61,238 nucleotides of DNA. Source: Cyanobacteriota bacterium (GTDB lineage: Bacteria; Cyanobacteriota; Vampirovibrionia; LMEP-6097). The notes beneath the pieces were generated by a model. That model searched no databases and was not told the DNA's origin. It saw nothing but the letters and a program-made list of their open reading frames with translations. Location of the stretch: the NCBI GenBank assembly GCA_041170505.1, contig JBEAYS010000078.1, forward strand, positions 1-61,238. Direction: 5' to 3'. How positions within the stretch are numbered: position 1 is the first letter of the stretch; each line of letters opens with the position of its first letter. The translations under genes were made by a program, and so were the position numbers. Shown one piece after another: positions 17,761 through 28,700 of this stretch.

Positions 17761-18760
17761 CATCGTCGTCTATGATGTAGGAGCTGACTATGTTGTGGGC
17801 GTGATCGACATCATCAAAACTAGCGATGTGAAAAACGGCATCGCCCTTATTTACTAGCGGCAAAATCGTAGCGCCGATAATGATCCCTGGTTTATCTGCG
17901 ATGATCTCTTGGTGCACATCTCCAAAAGCAGAAATTAGAGTAGCGACTACTTCGCCTTTTTTTACTTTTTTGCCGAGTGATTTTTTGGTCTGGATGATGC
18001 CGCTCTCTGGCGCTCTGAGCCAGGAGCTGGAATTAGCGATAATGCTTTTTGATTTTTTGCGCTTAGATTTTTTTTCGAGCATTTTTATTTCGCGCATAAC
18101 ATTTAAGATGCCATTAAGACCGGTGCTGGTGATCTTAGGATGGAATCTCAGCGCGCGCCCGCCTTCGTAGACCATGTAAGCGATTTTGTGTGTCTTGACT
18201 GCGGCTCTCAGTGTGCCTTCCTTAGCTTTAGAGTCAATCACCACGGGCGCTCCAAAAGCGTTAGCTAATTGCTTAAGATCAGGATGATCACCAAAAGTAG
18301 CTCTGATCTGGGGTAGATTCTCTCGATTAGCCGCGGCTGAATGTAAATCTATTCCGTGCGTGCATTGTGAGGCGATCTCTTCCATAAAAACATTGGCGAT
18401 CTGCGCGGCTAGTGAGCCCTTGCCAGTGCCGGGAAAACTGCGATTAAGATCTCTTCGATCGGGCAAGTATCGCGAGCAGGAATTAAACCCAAAAACATTT
18501 AGGATAGGAACCGCTATTAGAGTGCCTTTTATTTTTTTTAGTTCTTTTGTTTGGAGAAGTTTGGCGATAATTTCGACTCCGTTTATTTCATCGCCGTGTA
18601 ACGCCGCTGTGGTAAACATTATAGGTCCGGGCTCCTCACCGCGTATCACTTCGACAGGGATGTCCATCTGGGTGAGGTCGTAGAGCTTAGAGATATTTAG
18701 CGAAAGTCTTTTGCGCTCACCGGGGTAGATTTTGGTTTTGTTTATTACGAGGGTGGTCAT
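17753..18760 (-). CDS. Succinylglutamate desuccinylase/aspartoacylase (AstE/AspA, M14-like) family protein
   Basis: EEPGPIMFTTAALHGDEINGVE zinc-binding region, and a C-terminal hybrid-barrel-like segment KKGEVVATL. Confidence 0.85.
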   Translation of the reverse strand: MTTLVINKTKIYPGERKRLSLNISKLYDLTQMDIPVEVIRGEEPGPIMFTTAALHGDEINGVEIIAKLLQTKELKKIKGTLIAVPILNVFGFNSCSRYLPDRRDLNRSFPGTGKGSLAAQIANVFMEEIASQCTHGIDLHSAAANRENLPQIRATFGDHPDLKQLANAFGAPVVIDSKAKEGTLRAAVKTHKIAYMVYEGGRALRFHPKITSTGLNGILNVMREIKMLEKKSKRKKSKSIIANSSSWLRAPESGIIQTKKSLGKKVKKGEVVATLISAFGDVHQEIIADKPGIIIGATILPLVNKGDAVFHIASFDDVDHAHNIVSSYIIDDDVI

Positions 18761-18825
18761 GGGATTATTCTATTGTAGATCTTGATTGGGGTTGGGGCAA
18801 GGATGGATATAAATGATAAAATTGA

Positions 18826-19774
18826 GGTATTATAGTGGTCCCTAGTTATGAAACATTGATAAATTAGCTGAGTCTATGGGCTTAAGCCAAGAAGATTTAT
18901 TAGAGAAGCTCCCTACTCAAGGACAGGCTACTTATAAAAATAGAATTGGTTAGGCTAAAACTTATTTAAAAAAGCAGGACTTTTAGAAAATACAAAAAGA
19001 GCGCATGTAAAAATTACAGATCTTGGTCTAAAGGTTCTTACTTCTGCTCCTGAAAAAATTGATAATCAATTTTTGATGCAATTCTCTTCTTTTGCTGAAT
19101 TTAGAGTGGTTAAGAATTTTGATTCTGATAAAAACTTTCAGCCTGTCGTATTAGATCTCTCTTCTCAAGGCACTCCTTGAGAGCTGATAGATAATGCTTT
19201 TGAGCTGATTAATAAAGATCTAGCTGATGAAATTCTAGACTCTATTTTTAGATGTTCGCCTAAGTTTTTTGAGAACTTGGTAGTGGATCTGATGATTAGT
19301 ATGGGTTATGGTGGTTCCAATGAGGAAGCTGGAAAAGCTATCGGACGCTCTTCTGATGGGGGTATCGATGGTGTTATAAACGAAGATAAATTAGGATTAG
19401 ATACCATTTACTTACAAGCTAAGCGCTGGACTAATACTGTAGGTGCTCCTCAAATTAGAGATTTTGTGGGAAGTCTTGTCGGGAAGCAGTCTAATAAAGG
19501 TGTATTCATAACTACTTCGAAATTCAGTGGTGAAGCCGTTACTTATGCTAATTCTGTTCAGCATAAAGTTATTTTAATAGATGGTAAAAGACTAACTGAA
19601 TTAATGATCGAATACGGAATCGGAGTATCTGAGCTAAAAACATACTCACTTAAAAAAATTGATTTTGATTATTTTAGTATAATGCTCTATCCTTTCTGCT
19701 CTATTGTTTTTAACTTGCTTGGAAATCTTTTCCATTGCGTCATTCTTTTTAGCTCTATTGAGCTTTTGGTTTGA
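18826..19774 (+). pseudogene. mrr: mrr-like type IV restriction endonuclease, decayed
   Basis: The C-terminal Mrr catalytic domain is intact in ORF 19277-19675 (GRSSDGGIDGVINEDKLGLDTIYLQAKRW...GVFITTSKFS). The N-terminal winged-helix part (18830-19270) is readable only across at least 2 frameshifts and in-frame stops. Examples: RIG-tag-AKTYL at ~18951, where W is expected, and GTP-tga-ELID at ~19179. The 3' end diverges after DYF. Confidence 0.8.
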
Positions 19775-19894
19775 CCACAGTTTAGATTTCCAATAATTAG
19801 GATGCCACTTTGTGGTGCTATTCGGTTGTCATATACATAGTACTATAGCTTTTCAAAAAGATCGCTTAATTTTTTTCATTGAATATCGATAAAA

Positions 19895-21901
19895 CTATTT
19901 TGCTACAAAATTAGCAAATGCTTCGTAGATCATAACCATCGCAAAAGTATCTAATTCACAGTATTTCAGCAAAGCTTTTGTGAGTTCTTGGCGTTCTAGC
20001 TCGCTCATCTCTGCAAACTGCATTCTTGCATAAGCTGTCATTGCCGCACCGCCGTTAGCCAGGCTAGTTTCATCAGAAAACAATTTTAGTTCGTCAAGTT
20101 CTTCGTTGCTATATCCTTGATATAAATCGGGCAGCTTTTTATAAGGATCTTGAACTAATCCATTTGCTTCAAATTCAACCCAAACATGATCCGTAAAATT
20201 TAAGCTCTTAATCCCAGAATTGGAGCCGTATATAGGCTTGGAGTATTTATTCTTCAAAAACTCCGATGAATTGAGTACAGCTGGTAATACTTGCTTAATA
20301 GAATTAGAACCTTTCATGTAAGGGTGATAATAGTAATTTTCTACGAGTTCAAGCATATCAATCATATTTCTTTCACCGACATGAACGAGCTTGCCTCGAT
20401 CATCTTTTTGCTGAGTAATTGACAATATGAAGTTAGTGATTTCTTGCTTGTTCAAGATATCCTCTTGTGAATTCCTGACCTGCTCTAGAACCTTGTTCAG
20501 CACAGTGTTTTCGTGTGTAGCATATCTAAAAATAGTTCCTTCGTGTATAGTCAAAGCCTGCTTGAGAGCTTGAATAAATTTGAAGTTAGGAAACTTGCCC
20601 GGCTCATTGTAGATAAATTGGTTAGCATGTTCAATCGTCCCATCTTTATGTGCTATGTGATGTGAGAACTGAAAGGCTATTTGCTCGTATGGTCTCATTC
20701 CCTTATTGAATGGAATAGCAACCATTGCGGTTTCAAAATCTATAAAATGCAGAGGATATTTCCAGCTATTGATTTCTCTTCTGAGACCATCTCTATCTAT
20801 ATATGCTGTATTGTCCTTGTCTTGAGCCTTTTGTACTTGTAACCATTGTCTATCAGACCTTTGTAAACCACATTTGGTATTTTTAGATGGTGATTTAGGT
20901 ATGAAGTCAGCTTGGGTAAAATCATGGATTTTAATTTTACCAGCATTGATCAAGTCTTGAGTTCTTGCATTCCATATATCAAACACACTCTGTGATTGAA
21001 AATCTTCCTCAGTCCAAGATTGATTAATGCTCCAGCATTCTTTGAAGCCGCTTTTTAAGCCAGCCTTCTCATCTTCAGTATCAGCTCTAAATTCACAGGA
21101 TTTACATGCCTTGCTTATACATATATCAGCTCTCTGATCCTTCTTGTAGAGATCAGAAAGAAACTGAATATGCTCTTCAAAAGTTCTATCAACATTAGCG
21201 TAAGTTATTGGAGTCTGATAAATCTGGTCTATATATTGCTGAACATTGATCTCTATCAACAGTTCATTTCTCAAATCATCTGCAGTAAGTTCTCCGTTTA
21301 ATACAGCTTGTTTTCTTCCGTTATTATTGATGATCTTAAATTTTTGATTTAAGCCATCGGTGATAGCATGTTTGGTTTTATCAACTAGAAGTAATTTAGG
21401 GATTATAACCTTGTCTGGGAAAGCTTTTGATGCGACATAATACTGGAATGCGATATCGTATAAATAAGGAGCCCAGCTTGTATTAATCAAGCCTTTGGCT
21501 GTTAAGAAAGGATCTTTACTGAGATCTTTAATGGCATAGGATTTGGCTTTGACTTCGATAAGATCAATGTGCCGATTAGACTTACTCAGAATATCGACCT
21601 TAATAAATAAGTCTTGGTATTTAATCGCAGCCTCATAAATAGTGGCTTTGTCTTTTTCTAGTTCTTTATTGGTAGTTGCTAAAGCTTCATCATAATCAAG
21701 AGTCTCTATATCAATTCCATTAGGATATTTATATTTAGCAAGCTCACCAACTTGAAAACCACCCTCAGCAAGTGCCTCTAGGAAAGCGTCTTCGATTTTT
21801 TGATCTTTATATTCTTTAGGCTTTGCTGTATAAAAGACTTTGACTGGACATTCAACCCCTAGTTTGAAACGGGATTTGGTGAGGTAGCGGGGTTTGGTCA
21901 T
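19895..21901 (-). CDS. DUF2779-family protein: N-terminal PD-(D/E)xK-like nuclease, Cys cluster and C-terminal DEDD/RNase H-like domain
   Basis: N-terminus YLTKSRFKLGVECPVKVFY and HIDLIEVKAKSY (ExK). CISKACKSCEF...ECW Cys cluster. C-terminal FIDFETAMVAIPF...QFSHH...THENTVL...CELDTFAM. Confidence 0.72.
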   Translation of the reverse strand: MTKPRYLTKSRFKLGVECPVKVFYTAKPKEYKDQKIEDAFLEALAEGGFQVGELAKYKYPNGIDIETLDYDEALATTNKELEKDKATIYEAAIKYQDLFIKVDILSKSNRHIDLIEVKAKSYAIKDLSKDPFLTAKGLINTSWAPYLYDIAFQYYVASKAFPDKVIIPKLLLVDKTKHAITDGLNQKFKIINNNGRKQAVLNGELTADDLRNELLIEINVQQYIDQIYQTPITYANVDRTFEEHIQFLSDLYKKDQRADICISKACKSCEFRADTEDEKAGLKSGFKECWSINQSWTEEDFQSQSVFDIWNARTQDLINAGKIKIHDFTQADFIPKSPSKNTKCGLQRSDRQWLQVQKAQDKDNTAYIDRDGLRREINSWKYPLHFIDFETAMVAIPFNKGMRPYEQIAFQFSHHIAHKDGTIEHANQFIYNEPGKFPNFKFIQALKQALTIHEGTIFRYATHENTVLNKVLEQVRNSQEDILNKQEITNFILSITQQKDDRGKLVHVGERNMIDMLELVENYYYHPYMKGSNSIKQVLPAVLNSSEFLKNKYSKPIYGSNSGIKSLNFTDHVWVEFEANGLVQDPYKKLPDLYQGYSNEELDELKLFSDETSLANGGAAMTAYARMQFAEMSELERQELTKALLKYCELDTFAMVMIYEAFANFVAK

Positions 21902-22590
21902 TTTAGCTCACCTTCTAGTATTAGTTTTGCAATATAAATGGTATGAAGTTCAAAATCTTTATCAAGCACATCTAATGCCGCTAAAGTATCTGCCTCTGCT
22001 TGATGTGTATTGGTCATTTCTTTATTACAATAGAATTTATAGGCGGCAGCAAGATCGCTAGGCTGCATTTTATTAAAAATTCTCATGCCATCGATGATCT
22101 TGGTCTCATTATTAAATAGAGGCATCAAACCTGCTTGCAGAAACTCTTCAGTGAGCATTCTTATATCAAAGGTAAAAATGTTATATCCAGCAAGATCGCA
22201 ACCTAAAAAATAATCATGGATCTCTTGTGCTTTCTCTGCAAATTTTGGTTCATTAATTAGATCTTCATCTTTGATGCCATGTACAGATGTAGCTCCTTCT
22301 GCAATCGGGATACCTGGATTGAATCTTTTGGTGATAATTTCTCGTTTGCCATCAAGAGTGATCTTGATAGAGCTTAGCTCAATAATTCGATTTTTGCGGG
22401 TGTCAGTTCCGGTGCTTTCGATGTCGAAGAAGATTAGCGTATTCTTGGTATCAAGTTTTATGTTCATTCCGTAATTCATATTATAGAAGAGGTCATCATT
22501 GCCTATTGGTATCACTAGTTTGGGCTGATTTGTCAAATCAAATTGAAAAGCATATAATATCATCATGAAAAATAAGCTAAATAAGTACAA
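21898..22590 (-). CDS. DnaQ/epsilon-like DEDDh 3'-5' exonuclease (true start probably 22479 or 22467)
   Basis: Exo I FFDIESTG, Exo II GYNIFTFDIRML, Exo III HQAEADTLA. ATGA overlap with the downstream DUF2779 gene. The upstream part of the ORF overlaps the divergent XRE gene and is probably not translated. Confidence 0.85.
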   Translation of the reverse strand: MYLFSLFFMMILYAFQFDLTNQPKLVIPIGNDDLFYNMNYGMNIKLDTKNTLIFFDIESTGTDTRKNRIIELSSIKITLDGKREIITKRFNPGIPIAEGATSVHGIKDEDLINEPKFAEKAQEIHDYFLGCDLAGYNIFTFDIRMLTEEFLQAGLMPLFNNETKIIDGMRIFNKMQPSDLAAAYKFYCNKEMTNTHQAEADTLAALDVLDKDFELHTIYIAKLILEGELK

Positions 22591-22924
22591 GCTTATAGGG
22601 TCGAAGATAAGAAAAGCAAGAGAAAGAGCAGGTCTATCTAAAAATATCTTGCCGAAGAGTTGGGTTTTGAGTCTGCTACCGAGATTTCTTTAATTGAATC
22701 GGAAAGATAGAAAAGTTTCTATTAAGGACTTAGAAAAAATTTCTAATGTATTTGCAGAAGATATAAGATTTTTTCTTGGTTATGAAATAGAGAGTGATAT
22801 TGATCTGAAAAATATTTTGAGAATTGACAAAGAGTTATCAAAATTACCAAAAGGTGAAAAAGAAAAAATCATATCTTTTGTAGAGTTTATTAAAAGTGAA
22901 AATAGACAAAAGGTGAATCAATAA
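22565..22924 (+). pseudogene. XRE-family HTH regulator disrupted by two compensating frameshifts
   Basis: The frame from ATG 22565 gives MKNKLNKYKLIGSKIRKARERAGLS and then nonsense up to TAA at 22691. The HTH core KYLAEELGFESATEISLIES is readable only in a shifted frame (~22641-22703). The original frame resumes with RKVSIKDLEKISNVFAEDIRFFLG (ORF 22694-22924). Confidence 0.7.
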
Positions 22925-22933
22925 GGTACAGGT

Positions 22934-25783
22934 ATGCAAACACTGACTAATATCAAAGTAATTGCACCAGGAGCCAGAGTTGTCATTCGTGATGCTGAGT
23001 GGCTTGTAAGGCGAGTTGACACTACTAATACTGGTGGAAAGAAATATACTTGCATTGGTATCTCAGAAATTGTCAAAGATAAGGAAGCTATATTTTTAGA
23101 TGAAGTTGAAAAAGCAGAGATTGAGGTTTTAGATCCAGCTCAAACTAAATTAGTTCAGGATCAATCTCGCTCCTACCAAGCTTCCCTTCTATATATTGAG
23201 AGTTTGATGAGACAAACTGCTCCAACTGATGATGGTTTGTATATTGGTTATAAAGCTGCTATGGATTCGGTTCCATATCAGTTTGAGCCAATTATCAAAG
23301 CCCTTGATCAAGTAAGGCAAAGAATTCTTATTGCTGATGCAGTCGGACTTGGTAAGACTCTTGAAGCAGGAATTTTGGTTAGTGAACTTATAAAGCGCGG
23401 CAAAGGGAAGAGAATTTTGGTCGTAGCAGTCAAGAGCATGCTAACTCAATTCCAAAAAGAATTTTGGTCACGTTTTACTATCCCACTTACAAGGCTTGAT
23501 TCTACTGGAATCCAAAGAGTTCGAAATCAAATCCCCTCTAATCACAATCCATTTTATTACTACGACAAATCAATAATTTCTATTGATACCTTGAAGCAAG
23601 ATGCAGAATATAGAACATTTATTGAGAATGCATACTGGGACATTATTATAATTGATGAAGCGCATAATGTTGCTGATAGAGGCACAAGTTCAAAACGCAA
23701 CAAGCTTGCAGAACTTTTAGCCCATAGATCTGACACACTGCTTCTACTCTCTGCGACTCCGCATGATGGTAAAGCTAGAAGTTTTGCGAGTTTAATGAAT
23801 ATGCTTGACCCTACAGCAATAGCAAATCCTGATGAATATACTAAAGATGATATCAAGGGACTATTTATTAGGCGCTTTAAAAAAGATATTCAAGAACAAG
23901 TCAGCTCCTCTTTTAAAGAAAGAGAAATTTCAGTAGTGAAAGTCAAGGCATCTAGACTTGAAGAAGCTGCCTTTGAATCTTTTGTAAATTTAAGCTTTAA
24001 ATTAATTGACCAAAGAAGAACAAGAGGTCAACTTTTCAAAACCACACTGGAGAAAGCTTTATTCTCAAGCCCTTATGCTTGCAGTGTTACCCTTCAAAAT
24101 AGAATAAAGAAGCTAAATAGTGAAGATCCTGATCGTTATAAAGATGATATTAACCAATTAAGCAGTTTAGATAGTGATTTAGCTCATATTGGTTTTGAGA
24201 ATTACGCGAAGTATCAAAAATTACTTTCTGTTATTAAAGATAGATTTCAATGGTCAGGCAAGGCAGTTGATGACAGAATAGTAATTTTCACAGAAAGAAT
24301 AGAGACCTTGAATAAACTAAGAGATCATCTGATTAAAGATCTAGATATTCAAGATGATCAGGTGGAAATTCTGCATGGGGGTCTTTCTGATTTAGACCAA
24401 CAAGAGATAGTAGAAAACTTTGGCAAAGAAGAAGCTCCAGTTCGAATACTTCTCGCTTCTGATGTAGCATCCGAGGGTATTAATTTGCATTATCTCTGTC
24501 ATAGGATGATACATTTCGATATTCCTTGGTCGTTAATGGTCTTCCAGCAAAGAAATGGTCGTATCGACAGATACGGACAAGAAAGAACCCCAGAGATTGT
24601 TTACCTGGTAACCGAAAGCACTAACGAAAAAATCAAAGGTGATACTCGAATATTAGAAGTCTTGATAGAGAAAGATGAACAAGCTGCAAAAAATATAGAT
24701 GATCCTTCTGCATTTGCTAAAGTCTTTGATATTGAAGAGGAAGAGGCTATTACAGCTAGAGCTATTGAGACAGGAATGAATTCAGAGCAGTTCTTGGACA
24801 ATCTCAATGCGGAGCCTAGTTTACTAGATATCCTTTTAAGTGAAGCAGAGGAAAGTACGGAAAAGTATTCTGATGATAAAAGGAAACTATTACCAGTATT
24901 GTTCAATAATGATTATGACTATTTCAAGGCTGCATTAGAGTATTTAAAAAATAATGAAGATATTCAATTCAAATTCAAGCCAGAAGCCAAGCTTGTGGAG
25001 ATTAGTGCAACAGAAGATATACGCCATCGTTTTAAGTTCATGCCGAAGGAGATTTATCCAGAGAATGGTTATTTTATTCTGTCATCAGATCAGAAAGCCA
25101 TCCAAAGAGAAATAAAAAGAAGTCGCAAAGATGCAGATACATGGCCTAACGTACAGTATCTATGGGAGCAACATCCTTTGATGACATGGGTTAATGATAA
25201 GTTGCTTGCATCTTTTGGAAGGAATGAAGCTCCTATCCTAAAATTACCAAAGAAATATATGTCTCCTAACGAGACCAAGTTCATTATTACTGCGATGAAC
25301 CCTAGTCGCAAAGGACACCCTTTGATACATTTTTGGTTGATAGTAAATTTTGTTAATAATAAATTTAGCGGCATTGAATTATTTGATGAATTCCAAAAGA
25401 AATTCCAGCTAGGGCTAAAACCTATATCTAATACTGGAAATGGTTTTGATACGAAAGCCATGGAAGCACTGCTGCCATCAGCTATCAATGAAGTGACGAA
25501 ATGGATGGAAACAGAGAGAGCTGATTTTGAAAACAGAATTAATACAAAGCTTGATAAAAAATTAGCTGAACTAGAAGCACTAAAAGGGCGACAGTATGAC
25601 TATCACCAACTTAGTTTACTGCCTGACGATTCTACTTTGCAGCAAGATGATGAAAAAGCAAAACGTAAGCGTCAGATTGATCAAATATTTGATGAGTTTA
25701 TGCAATGGGTCGAAGATAGTATGACAACAGAAAAAACACCTTATATTCAAGTTGTGGCTGCATTAGTGGGAGGCAAGCACTAA
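22934..25783 (+). CDS. SNF2-family helicase (DISARM DrmD-like)
   Basis: Motif I ADAVGLGKTLEAG, motif II IIIDEAHN, motif III LLLSATPHDG, motif V LASDVASEGINLH, motif VI FQQRNGRIDRYGQ. About 370-aa C-terminal extension. Confidence 0.9.
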   Translation: MQTLTNIKVIAPGARVVIRDAEWLVRRVDTTNTGGKKYTCIGISEIVKDKEAIFLDEVEKAEIEVLDPAQTKLVQDQSRSYQASLLYIESLMRQTAPTDDGLYIGYKAAMDSVPYQFEPIIKALDQVRQRILIADAVGLGKTLEAGILVSELIKRGKGKRILVVAVKSMLTQFQKEFWSRFTIPLTRLDSTGIQRVRNQIPSNHNPFYYYDKSIISIDTLKQDAEYRTFIENAYWDIIIIDEAHNVADRGTSSKRNKLAELLAHRSDTLLLLSATPHDGKARSFASLMNMLDPTAIANPDEYTKDDIKGLFIRRFKKDIQEQVSSSFKEREISVVKVKASRLEEAAFESFVNLSFKLIDQRRTRGQLFKTTLEKALFSSPYACSVTLQNRIKKLNSEDPDRYKDDINQLSSLDSDLAHIGFENYAKYQKLLSVIKDRFQWSGKAVDDRIVIFTERIETLNKLRDHLIKDLDIQDDQVEILHGGLSDLDQQEIVENFGKEEAPVRILLASDVASEGINLHYLCHRMIHFDIPWSLMVFQQRNGRIDRYGQERTPEIVYLVTESTNEKIKGDTRILEVLIEKDEQAAKNIDDPSAFAKVFDIEEEEAITARAIETGMNSEQFLDNLNAEPSLLDILLSEAEESTEKYSDDKRKLLPVLFNNDYDYFKAALEYLKNNEDIQFKFKPEAKLVEISATEDIRHRFKFMPKEIYPENGYFILSSDQKAIQREIKRSRKDADTWPNVQYLWEQHPLMTWVNDKLLASFGRNEAPILKLPKKYMSPNETKFIITAMNPSRKGHPLIHFWLIVNFVNNKFSGIELFDEFQKKFQLGLKPISNTGNGFDTKAMEALLPSAINEVTKWMETERADFENRINTKLDKKLAELEALKGRQYDYHQLSLLPDDSTLQQDDEKAKRKRQIDQIFDEFMQWVEDSMTTEKTPYIQVVAALVGGKH

Positions 25784-28700
25784 TGGCTATTGATTTAACA
25801 GGTATAAATAACGAAAATGAATTTTATGCACATCATTATTTGACTGCGATTCTTGAAGCTGATATTAAAGATTTTATTTCGCAGTGGAAATTTGACAACA
25901 CTGAAGTTAAGCCGCCGTATGCACAATTAAAATTCTTATCTAAGACATATTTTTCTTTTCTTAGTCAGTTTGAAAAAAAGAAATCTATAGAAGATCGTAT
26001 TGAACTACAAAACGAGTGGGACAGTCAACTTCTTAATGCTTTAGGATATGAGTACCAAGCTAAACAAAAAAATATTGATGGAGTTTTAGAACTTGGATTA
26101 GCTACTGAAATTACAAAAAACAACGGAGCACCAAATCTTTGGATTATTGAGGTGTTTAATAGTTATGAAGATGAGTCAGATCCACTCTCCTTATCGCTTG
26201 AAAATTTTCAGGCAAACATAAGTGATATTAAGTCTCAGGATGAGCTTAGTTTAGACTCTGTAATCACTAAGCATATATTTAGCTTGGATGAACCTCCTCG
26301 GTGGATAATAGTTCTCAATCATTCTCAAGTGATTCTTATTGATCGTAGCAAATGGAATGAGAAAAGATTTTTGCGCTTTGATATCAAGGAGATACTAGGG
26401 CGTAAAGAAGATAGTACGCTCAAAGCGACAATAGCCCTCTTGCATAGAGAAAGTATCTCGCCTCAAGAAGGTCTTGCTCTATTGGATTCGCTTGATGAAA
26501 ACTCACACAAGCATGCTTTTTCGGTGTCGGAAGATCTTAAGTATGCACTCAGAGAGGCAATTGAATTAATTGGCAATGAAGCTATTTACTATTTACAAGA
26601 AGTAAGGCGCAAAGGAACATACACTGGAAGCGAAAAACTAGACGAGAAAGAGCTTACGCGTGAATGTTTGCGCTATATGTACAGAATACTTTTCTTGCTA
26701 TATATAGAAGCTCGTCCTGAACTGGGCTATGTGCCAATCAGATCAGATGCTTACCGTTCTGGCTATAGCCTAGAGTCCTTGCGTGACTTGGAATTAATTA
26801 AGCTTACAAGTGAAGAATCAAAAAACGGACACTATATTCACGAGTCTATAAAATTACTTTTTGCTTTGATTTATGAAGGGGTCAAATCAGAAAAAGAACT
26901 ATTGAAATCATCTGGTGGTTATAAAACATTTGAAATACCCCCGCTAAAAACACACTTGTTTGATCCAGAAAGAACCCCAATCTTAAACAAAGTAAAGTTT
27001 AGAAATCACATATTACAAAGAGTTATAAAACTAATGTCTTTATCTAAGGCTGCCAAAGGCAAAAGCAAAAGACGAGGTCGTATTTCTTATGCACAGCTTG
27101 GTATTAATCAGCTTGGTGCTGTTTATGAAGCCTTACTCTCCTATCAAGGTTTCTTTGCTCAAACAGATTTGTACGAAGTTAAAAAAGCTGATGAGAAATA
27201 TGATGAACTAAAGAATGCGTACTTTATCAAGGCTGAAGATTTAGAGAAATACAATGAAGAAGAAAAAGTTTACAACAAAGACGGCAGTCTGAAAAAATAT
27301 GAGAAGGGAAGTTTCATATATCGCTTAGCTGGGCGAGATAGAGAGAAATCAGCTTCTTACTATACTCCTGAAGTTTTGACTAAGTGTTTGGTTAAATATT
27401 CTCTCAAAGAATTATTAAAAGACAAAACCGCAGATGATATCCTCAAGCTAAAAGTCTGTGAGCCTGCGATGGGTAGTGCAGCTTTCTTGAATGAAGCTAT
27501 AAATCAATTAGCAGAAGCTTACTTAGAAAGAAAACAAAAAGAACTAGATGAGAGAATCGCTCACGATGAGTATATTCATGAATTACAAAAAGTGAAAATG
27601 TATCTTGCTGATAATAATGTTTTTGGAGTAGATCTTAATCCAGTAGCAGTTGAACTTGCAGAGGTATCATTACTTCTCAACACTATCTCAAGAGAGAACT
27701 TTATCCCTTGGTTTGGTATGCAGTTGGTCTGTGGTAATTCTTTGATAGGTGCAAGAAGACAGGTTTTTGATACTAAACTACTTAAGCGTGAGAAAAAAGA
27801 CGGTCAACTCTGGCTAGATTCTGTTCCAGAAAGAGTCATGCCTAGTAATAAGCGAGAGGCAGATACTGTTTATCATTTTTTACTTCCTGATAATGGCATG
27901 GCTGACTACAAGGATAAAGTAATTAAAGAGCTCGCAGGTGAGGAAATAAAAAAAATAAACTCATGGAGAAAAGATTTTACTAAAGAATTTAAATCTGGTG
28001 AAATAAATAGCCTCAAATCCATATCAGCAAATATAGACAAACTATGGGACGAGCATACCAAGCTTCAAGCAGAGATGCGCGAACGAACTACAGATTATTT
28101 CCGCATATGGGGACAAAAAAATGGCAAAGAACATAAGAATCTGAGCGAAACACGTTGGAAAGATAAAGTTTTAGAACAAGAACTGCATTCAAAACAAATC
28201 CGTAATTCAAGTCCTTATCGAAGACTAAAGCTAGCCATGGATTATTGGTGCAGCTTGTGGTTTTGGCCAATAGATCAAGCTGATCTATTACCATCTAGAG
28301 CTGAGTATCTAATGGAGCTTGAGACTATTCTAGGAGGATCTCCCGTTGAAGTCTCTGCTGGACAAGATGAACAACTTGGTCTTTTTTCTGAGACCATGAG
28401 TGATGAGAATAAAGAGAAACTCAAAGGTTTAGGCTATGCTGATGTTAATAAGCTGTGTACAGAAGTACCAAGATTTAAGCTTGTAAAAGAACTTGCCGAG
28501 AAACATAGATTCTTGCATTGGGAGCTGGAGTTTGCAGATATTTTTAATAGTAATGGTGGCTTTGATTTATTACTTGGTAATCCGCCTTGGATTAGCATAA
28601 GTTGGAAAGAAAGCCACATTCTAAGCCAATATGATCCAGTAATTCAACTGAGAAATATGAAAAATATTAGTAACAGAGAGGAATTGTTATCGCTAATTGA

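Noticed and set aside
19676-19894. Short minus-strand reading frame (…NYWKSKLWSNQKLNRAKKNDAMEKISKQVKNN…) after the mrr remnant, possibly a gene fragment
   Set aside because: It is under 60 aa with no identifiable family. It may be a remnant of whatever replaced the mrr 3' end, but it is not supportable as a feature.
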